Source: an uncultured delta proteobacterium (GTDB taxonomy: Bacteria; Myxococcota_A; UBA9160; UBA4427). From it: 64,000 bases of DNA. Below are positions 58,378-64,000 of this stretch, one piece after another (the stretch's first letter is position 1; each line of letters begins with the position of its first letter). A program made the translations under genes and the position numbers. A model generated the notes under the pieces. It was given only the letters and a program-made list of their open reading frames with translations. It was not told where the DNA came from and did no database searches. The DNA is taken from NCBI GenBank assembly GCA_963822965.1, contig CAWGJT010000005.1:704001-768000 (forward strand), given 5' to 3'.

Positions 58378-59580
58378 TCATACGGATCCGGGCTGGTAGC
58401 GGAGCGGCAGGCCGGAGAAGCCCCGCACGTTGCTCGAGTGCATGCGCTCGACGCCCGCTTGGTCGACCGCGTACTCCGGCATGCGCGCCAGCACCTCTTC
58501 GAGGGCGATGCGCGACTCGAGGCGCGCCAGGCTCGCCCCGAGGCAGAAGTGACGCCCGTAGCCGAAGCCGAGGTGCTGCAGGGTCTCCCGGCGGACGTCG
58601 TAGCGGTCGGGATCCGGGAAGCGCCGCGGATCGCGGCCGCTGGCCCCGTTGATGATCAACAGGCGCGCGTCCTTGGGGATCCGCCGACCGTCGACCTCCG
58701 CGTCCCGCATCAGCACCCGCCCCTGGTACTGGGAGGGCGGGTCGTAGCGCAGGGTCTCCTCGACGGCGTTTCGACACAGCGTGGGATCCTCGACCAGGGC
58801 GCGGCGCTGGTCGGGATTCGCGTCCAGCCAGTAATAGGCGGTGGCGAGCAGCTTCGTCACGGTCTCGTTGCCCGCGGTCGCCAACAGGTTGAAGAACGAC
58901 GTGATCTCGAGGTCGCTGAGGCGGTGCTTGTGGCCGTCTTCCTCGATCTCGGCCTGGGTGAGCAGGGTCATGATGTCGTCCCGCGGCTGGCGCCGGCGAT
59001 CCTCGAGAGCTTCGGTGAAGTACGCAGAGAGCTGCCCCATCGACTGCAGGCCCTGGGTAGTGGGCATCGGGTTGCCGGCGTCGCGGTGGAGGATGTCGTT
59101 CGACCAGCCGCGCACCATGTCGCGGTCGCTCTCCGGGATGCCCAGCAGGGTGCTGATCACGTCCATCGGGAGCTTGGCAGTGAACTCCTTCACGATGTCG
59201 CAGACGCCGTCGCCGCGCTCGAAGATCGGGTCGAGGTGTCGGCGCGCGATGCCCCGGATGGCGGGCTCGAGCTCGCCGATCCGGCGCAGGGTGAACGCCT
59301 TGTTGACCAGGTTGCGCATGCGCGTCTGCCTCGGGGGATCCATGAAGATCATCAGCGACCCGGTGATCTCCCGCATCCCCATCAGCTCGAGCACCGTGCC
59401 CCTGGCGGAGCTGTAGGTCTCCCAGTCGATGAAGGCCTCGAGGCAGTGGTCGAAGCGCGTGAGCGCCCAGAAATCGAGCCCCTCGTTGTAGTAGACGGGC
59501 TCGTGCTCCAGCAGGTGCCGATAGACGGGGTAGGGATCGTCGTCGATCTCGTAGGAATAGGGATCGTACTCGACCGTCAT
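58378..59580 (-). CDS. Cytochrome P450
   Basis: AGNETVT, EETLR, HLGFGYGRHFCLG. Confidence 0.95.
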   Translation of the reverse strand: MTVEYDPYSYEIDDDPYPVYRHLLEHEPVYYNEGLDFWALTRFDHCLEAFIDWETYSSARGTVLELMGMREITGSLMIFMDPPRQTRMRNLVNKAFTLRRIGELEPAIRGIARRHLDPIFERGDGVCDIVKEFTAKLPMDVISTLLGIPESDRDMVRGWSNDILHRDAGNPMPTTQGLQSMGQLSAYFTEALEDRRRQPRDDIMTLLTQAEIEEDGHKHRLSDLEITSFFNLLATAGNETVTKLLATAYYWLDANPDQRRALVEDPTLCRNAVEETLRYDPPSQYQGRVLMRDAEVDGRRIPKDARLLIINGASGRDPRRFPDPDRYDVRRETLQHLGFGYGRHFCLGASLARLESRIALEEVLARMPEYAVDQAGVERMHSSNVRGFSGLPLRYQPGSV

Positions 59581-60785
59581 CGGCCCTCTCCGCGCAATCG
59601 CGGCCCGCAGGGGAACGCGATCGGCATCTTCGCGAAGCCACGCACGTTGCTCGAGTGGACGCGCACCAGGCCCGCCTCCTCGAGATCGAAACGGGGCAGC
59701 CGCGCGTGGATCTCCGCCAGGGAGACCCTGGCCTCGAGACGCGCCAGGGACGCCCCGAGGCAGAAGTGCGTGCCCTGCCCGAAGGCGAGGGACTGGCTGG
59801 TGTTCCGGCGGATCTCGTAGCGGTGGGCGTCCGGGAACACGCGGTCGTCCCGATTCCCCGAGCCGATGAGCAGGGCCATCCGCGCGCCCTCGGGAACCTT
59901 GCGGCCGTGGATCTCCACGTCCCGGGTGGCGGTGCGCGCGATCAGCTGGGACGACGGGTCGTAGCGAAGGGTCTCCTCCGCCCACTCGGCGGCGAGGGAG
60001 GGATCGGCGTCGAGCAGCGCGCGCTGCTCGGGATTCCGCGAGATCCAGTAGAGGGCGTTGCCGAGCAGCTTCGTGGTGGTCTCGTTGCCCGCGATCACCA
60101 TCAGGAACAGGAAGGCGATGATGTCCCGGTCGGCGAGATGCTCGCCGCCGACCTCGGCCGCGATGAGCGCGTCGGTCAGGTCGTCGGTGCCGGGACGCCG
60201 CCGGCGCGCGTCGACGTGCTTCGCGAAGTAGCCGATGAGCTTCGCGGCCGCCTGCTGGCCGGCGGGCGGCACCACCGAGCTCCCCTCTTCCCGGTGCAGC
60301 ACGAGATCCGCCCAGGCGCGCAGCTCGTCCCGATCGGCGGAGGGCACACCCACCATCTCGCTGATGACATCCATCGGGAGCTTTCCGGCGAAGTCGTCGA
60401 TGAAGTCGCAGCGGCCGCGCTCGATGAAGGCGTCGATGTAGTGCGTGGCCAGGTCGCGGATCCGGGGCTCCAGCAGCGCCACCCGCCGCGGCGTGAAGCC
60501 CCGGGACACCAGGGTGCGCAGGCGCCCGTGCTCGGGCGGATCCATGCCGAGGAAGGACATCACCTGGGGCGCGTCGCCCACGTCGTCGATGGCGACGCCC
60601 TTCCGGTTCGACCAGGTCACCGGATCGCGGAACGCCGCGAGCACGTCCTCGTGGCGCGAGAGGGCCCAGAAGCCGCGCTCCTCGTTGTAATAGGCGGGAG
60701 CCTCCGCGCGGAGCCGCGCGTAGACCGGGTACGGATCCTCGTGGATCTTCCAGTCGTACGGGTCGTAGACGACCGGCGCGTTCAC
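59577..60785 (-). CDS. Cytochrome P450
   Basis: AGNETTT, EETLR, LAFGQGTHFCLG. Confidence 0.95.
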   Translation of the reverse strand: MNAPVVYDPYDWKIHEDPYPVYARLRAEAPAYYNEERGFWALSRHEDVLAAFRDPVTWSNRKGVAIDDVGDAPQVMSFLGMDPPEHGRLRTLVSRGFTPRRVALLEPRIRDLATHYIDAFIERGRCDFIDDFAGKLPMDVISEMVGVPSADRDELRAWADLVLHREEGSSVVPPAGQQAAAKLIGYFAKHVDARRRRPGTDDLTDALIAAEVGGEHLADRDIIAFLFLMVIAGNETTTKLLGNALYWISRNPEQRALLDADPSLAAEWAEETLRYDPSSQLIARTATRDVEIHGRKVPEGARMALLIGSGNRDDRVFPDAHRYEIRRNTSQSLAFGQGTHFCLGASLARLEARVSLAEIHARLPRFDLEEAGLVRVHSSNVRGFAKMPIAFPCGPRLRGEGR

Positions 60786-61468
60786 GAATCCCCTCGCGCG
60801 GGCGCGCGGGACGTGCAGAAGCAGCGGCGGGCTTGCGCCTGCATCTCGGCCACGAGCTCGTGCGGATCTCGCTCCATGCCGCCCTCGACCCAGGCAGCCA
60901 GCTGCACCTGCTGCAGGGCGATCATCATGCGTGCCATCAGGTGGGGATCTCCCTCGTGAAAGAGCCCCTGCGCGATCCCTCGCTCGAAGATCGCCACCTG
61001 CAGGGCGTGGCCCTCGCGCCAGGCCTGGACATGGGCCGGGGTGGCCTGCGCGCTGGCGCCGAGCCCCCACGCGTAGCCCTCGCGCAGGTGCATGCGCAGG
61101 TAGTCGGGGTGGGCGGCGAAGAAGTCGACGTAGCCTCGCACGCCCAGCAGCAGCGTCTCGACAGGATCGGCCGCGGACCGCGCCAGCTCGCGCGCACGCC
61201 GGGTCGCCTCGCGCAGCCGGGTCTCGTGGATCTCCGCCACCAGCCGGGCCTTGCCCGAGAAGACGTTGTAGACGGTCCCCAGCGCGAGCCCGGCCTCGGC
61301 GGCGATCTCCTCCATCTTCGTGTCCTCGACGCCCTTCTCGGCGAAGGCCCGCTCGGCGGCCTCGAACACCAGCTGCCGGTAGAGGGCGTTGCGGGCCTCT
61401 CGGGCGCTCCTGCGACGGCTGGCCGCGCGGACCGGTGCGGTGGCGGAGACGGGATCGAGGTCGGACAC
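60782..61468 (-). CDS. TetR/AcrR family transcriptional regulator
   Basis: GAGGAG RBS; AAERAFAEKG...MEEIAAEAGLALGTVYNVFSGK. Confidence 0.9.
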   Translation of the reverse strand: MSDLDPVSATAPVRAASRRRSAREARNALYRQLVFEAAERAFAEKGVEDTKMEEIAAEAGLALGTVYNVFSGKARLVAEIHETRLREATRRARELARSAADPVETLLLGVRGYVDFFAAHPDYLRMHLREGYAWGLGASAQATPAHVQAWREGHALQVAIFERGIAQGLFHEGDPHLMARMMIALQQVQLAAWVEGGMERDPHELVAEMQAQARRCFCTSRAPARGDS

Positions 61469-61591
61469 GAGGGCTCCTCGGGTGGCGGTCGCACGCGAGC
61501 TTGCCAGATTGAAATCATGCTTGCAATTGGTGAACCGCGATTCTAGCTTCCTCCACCCGGGCATCGGACCGGGCCTCGTAGGAGCTACCGG

Positions 61592-63067
61592 ATGGGTCGG
61601 ACCATCGACGCGGCACCCTCCCGGGCGGTCGCGCTGCGCCACGTCTCCGCGTTCGAACGCAGCCACGACGTGGTCGTGGTGGGCCACGGGGCGGCGGGCG
61701 GTGCCGCGGCCATCGAGGCGGCCCGGGCCGGCGCCGACACCCTGGTCGTCGAGCGCATGTCGCGCGGCGGGGGCACCACGGCGCTCTCCACCGGGCTCAC
61801 CTACTTCGGCGGCGGCACCGCCATCCAGAAGGCCTGCGGCTTCGAGGACTCGCCGGAGAACATGGAGCGATACGTGCGTCTCGCGGCGGGACGCAACGCC
61901 GATCCCGAGCGCGTGCGGCTCTACTGTGAGGGCAGCGTCGAGCACTTCGAGTGGTTTCGCGCCCTGGGGGTCGAGTACAAGGAGACCTACTACGAGGACA
62001 AGGTGACGCATCCGCTCACCGACGACTGCCTGCTCTACACCGGAAACGAGCTCGCCTGGCCGTTCGCCCAGCAGGCCGACCCCGCGCCCCGGGGCCACAA
62101 GCCGGCCCGCGAGGGCGAGGCGGGCGGCTACCTGATGGAGTGCGTGATCCGGGCCACCCACGAGGCCGGCGCCGAGGTGCTCGGCGACTGCCACGCCCTG
62201 CGCCTGGTGGTCGACGACGACGGCCGCGTGCGCGGCCTGATCGCCCGGCGAGACGGACGGGAGATGGCGATCGAGGCCCGCCGCGGGGTGATCCTGTGCG
62301 CCGGAGGCTTCGCGATGAACGAGCGGATGCTGGCCCAGCACGCCCCCGAGGCCCTGGCGTGCAACTATCCCCTGGGAACGCCCGCTGACGACGGCCGCGG
62401 CATCCTGATGGGCGCGGGCGCCGGCGGCAACCTCGTCAACATGCACGAGACCCTGATCCTCAACTCCTGGTATCCGCCCTCGTCCCACCTGAAGGGCGTT
62501 CTGGTGGACGAGCACGGGCAGCGCTTCATCAACGAGGACGCCTACGCGGGCCGCACCAGCGACGCCATCGTCCACATGGCTGGCGGCAGGGCGTGGCTCG
62601 TCGTGGACGACGAGATCTACGGGCCCACCCAGGCGATGCACCGCATCGCGGCCGTGGCCGACACGATCGAGGACCTGGAGCGCGAGCTGGGCATGCCCGA
62701 GGGACGCCTGGTCGAGACCGTCTCCGCCTACAACGCCAACGCCGCGCGGGGCGAGGACCCGGTGTTCCACAAGGCGGCCCGCTGGGTGCGAGCCCTGAAG
62801 ACGCCTCCCTTCGCGGCCCTCGACTGCCGCATGGAGGGCTCGATCTTCGCGGTCTTCACCCTGGGCGGTCTCGACGTGAAGGCCACCGGCGAGGTAGTCG
62901 ACGCGGACGGCGCGGCGATTCCCGGCCTGTACGCCGCGGGGCGCAACACGGCCGGGCTCTGCCGGGAGGGCCGCACCTATGCGAGTGGGCTCTCCATCGG
63001 CGATGCGAGCTTCTTCGGACGACTGGCCGGCCGCGCGGCGGCCGCCCATCCGCCGGCCGGCGACTGA
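61592..63067 (+). CDS. FAD-dependent oxidoreductase, 3-ketosteroid dehydrogenase family
   Basis: VVVVGHGAAG, GGTTALSTG, ILCAGGF, GQRFINED, TLGGL, GLYAAG, YASGLSIGDASFFGR. Confidence 0.8.
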   Translation: MGRTIDAAPSRAVALRHVSAFERSHDVVVVGHGAAGGAAAIEAARAGADTLVVERMSRGGGTTALSTGLTYFGGGTAIQKACGFEDSPENMERYVRLAAGRNADPERVRLYCEGSVEHFEWFRALGVEYKETYYEDKVTHPLTDDCLLYTGNELAWPFAQQADPAPRGHKPAREGEAGGYLMECVIRATHEAGAEVLGDCHALRLVVDDDGRVRGLIARRDGREMAIEARRGVILCAGGFAMNERMLAQHAPEALACNYPLGTPADDGRGILMGAGAGGNLVNMHETLILNSWYPPSSHLKGVLVDEHGQRFINEDAYAGRTSDAIVHMAGGRAWLVVDDEIYGPTQAMHRIAAVADTIEDLERELGMPEGRLVETVSAYNANAARGEDPVFHKAARWVRALKTPPFAALDCRMEGSIFAVFTLGGLDVKATGEVVDADGAAIPGLYAAGRNTAGLCREGRTYASGLSIGDASFFGRLAGRAAAAHPPAGD

Positions 63068-63126
63068 CGCTTTGTCGCCACCCGATGGGCGGGTTACGCT
63101 GACTCCCCCACTGCGAGGTCCCCCCG

Positions 63127-63591
63127 ATGAGAGCCGACTCCGCCTCCACGCCTTCCACCGCGCCCGACACGGGCTCCGTTCCCGCGAAGGAGACCAATCC
63201 CGCGATGACCGCGGCGCGAAGCTCCTGGCGCTGCGTCCAGGCCCGGGATCGCGAGGCGTGGCTCGACCTGATGGCGGACGACATCGTGATGGAGGACCCG
63301 ATCGGGATCGCTCCGACCAATCCCGACGGACGGGGCATTCGCGGCAAGGCCGCGGTGGCGGCGTTCTGGGACGCGAGCATGTCGAAGATGGACATCCACA
63401 TCGACACCCACGAGTCGTTCGCGGCGGCGAACGAATCCGCCCACCGCATGACGCTCACCACCACGTTCCCGAACGGCGGCGGCATGACCGTGAACGGCAT
63501 CTTCACCTACCGCGTCGACGAGCGCGGAAAGCTCACGAACCTGCGAGGCTACTGGTCCCTCGACGAAGCCGAGATCCGGCCGCCCCGATAG
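63127..63591 (+). CDS. SnoaL/NTF2-like (ketosteroid isomerase-like) protein
   Basis: DREAWLDLMADDIVMEDPIG, RGKAAVAAFWD, YRVDERGKL..LRGYW. Confidence 0.82.
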   Translation: MRADSASTPSTAPDTGSVPAKETNPAMTAARSSWRCVQARDREAWLDLMADDIVMEDPIGIAPTNPDGRGIRGKAAVAAFWDASMSKMDIHIDTHESFAAANESAHRMTLTTTFPNGGGMTVNGIFTYRVDERGKLTNLRGYWSLDEAEIRPPR

Positions 63592-63641
63592 CAACCGTCG
63601 CCGGCTCCTCGAGCGGACGCGACGCCCCCGAAAGGCATCCC

Positions 63642-64000
63642 TTGCGCTTCACCTACACCGAGACGATGTGCGATCCCGGCTTCCTCGTCCCCCTGGCGCG
63701 GGAGGCGGAGGCCGCGGGCTACGACGGCTTCGCGATCCCCGACAGCATCTGCTACCCGAAGGAATCGGATTCCAAGTACCCCTACAACGCCGACGGCAGC
63801 CGCGAGTTCCTGGACGGCAAGCCGATCCTGGATCCCTTCACCCTCATCCCGGCCATGGCGGCCGTGACGTCCACGCTGCACTTCTCGACCTTCGTCGTGA
63901 AGCTGCCCGTACGCGGCTGCGTGCTCGTCGCCAAGCAGGCGGCTTCGGTGGCGGTGCTCTCCCAGAACCGCTTCAAGTTCGGCGTGGGCGTGAGCCCCTG
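63642..64000 (+). CDS. LLM-class F420-dependent oxidoreductase (3' partial)
   Basis: TTG start; own translation gives LRFTYTETMCDP...AEAAGYDG..IPDSICYP...YPY, DPF..I.AMAAVT, VAKQAASV; runs off the window. Confidence 0.8.
   Translation, partial: MRFTYTETMCDPGFLVPLAREAEAAGYDGFAIPDSICYPKESDSKYPYNADGSREFLDGKPILDPFTLIPAMAAVTSTLHFSTFVVKLPVRGCVLVAKQAASVAVLSQNRFKFGVGVSP

Noticed and set aside
1..64000. rRNA, tRNA, transposase, integrase or prophage genes
   Set aside because: None recognised by eye; small RNAs cannot be excluded without a covariance-model search

Overview
Gene-dense, very GC-rich (about 70% by eye) bacterial chromosomal window with no rRNA, tRNA, CRISPR array or mobile element recognised. 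Gene content (F420-type LLM oxidoreductases, WS/DGAT, P450s, C-terminal sorting signals, porin-cytochrome clusters, CheX/CheY) suggests a diderm, possibly Myxococcota-like organism; this is inference only. From left to right: a frameshifted PASTA/DUF11 surface protein; a secreted protein with an internal Flp-pilin-like segment; assorted metabolic and envelope genes; and a three-gene unit (degenerate NtrC-like regulator, a 1534-aa MMPL/RND transporter fused in frame to a membrane-GAF-pseudo-histidine-kinase module, and a LolA-like lipoprotein-sorting protein). Next come a divergent PCC3-like porin-multiheme cytochrome cluster (21-heme and 14-heme cytochromes, His-rich inner-membrane protein, TPR-porin, ferredoxin-flavin NAD(P)H oxidoreductase, Sel1/ankyrin protein) and a xanthine-dehydrogenase-family MSL operon followed by a MoaD-Nudix fusion. 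The window ends with a second conduit (monoheme cytochrome, MtrA/MtoA decaheme, MtrB/MtoB porin) and a probable steroid/lipid catabolic block (two P450s, TetR, KstD-like, SnoaL-like, LLM). The best candidates for an undescribed system are the MMPL-pseudokinase/atypical-regulator unit and the extended PCC3-like conduit with a cytoplasmic NAD(P)H module. All family calls come from motif recognition, without database searches.
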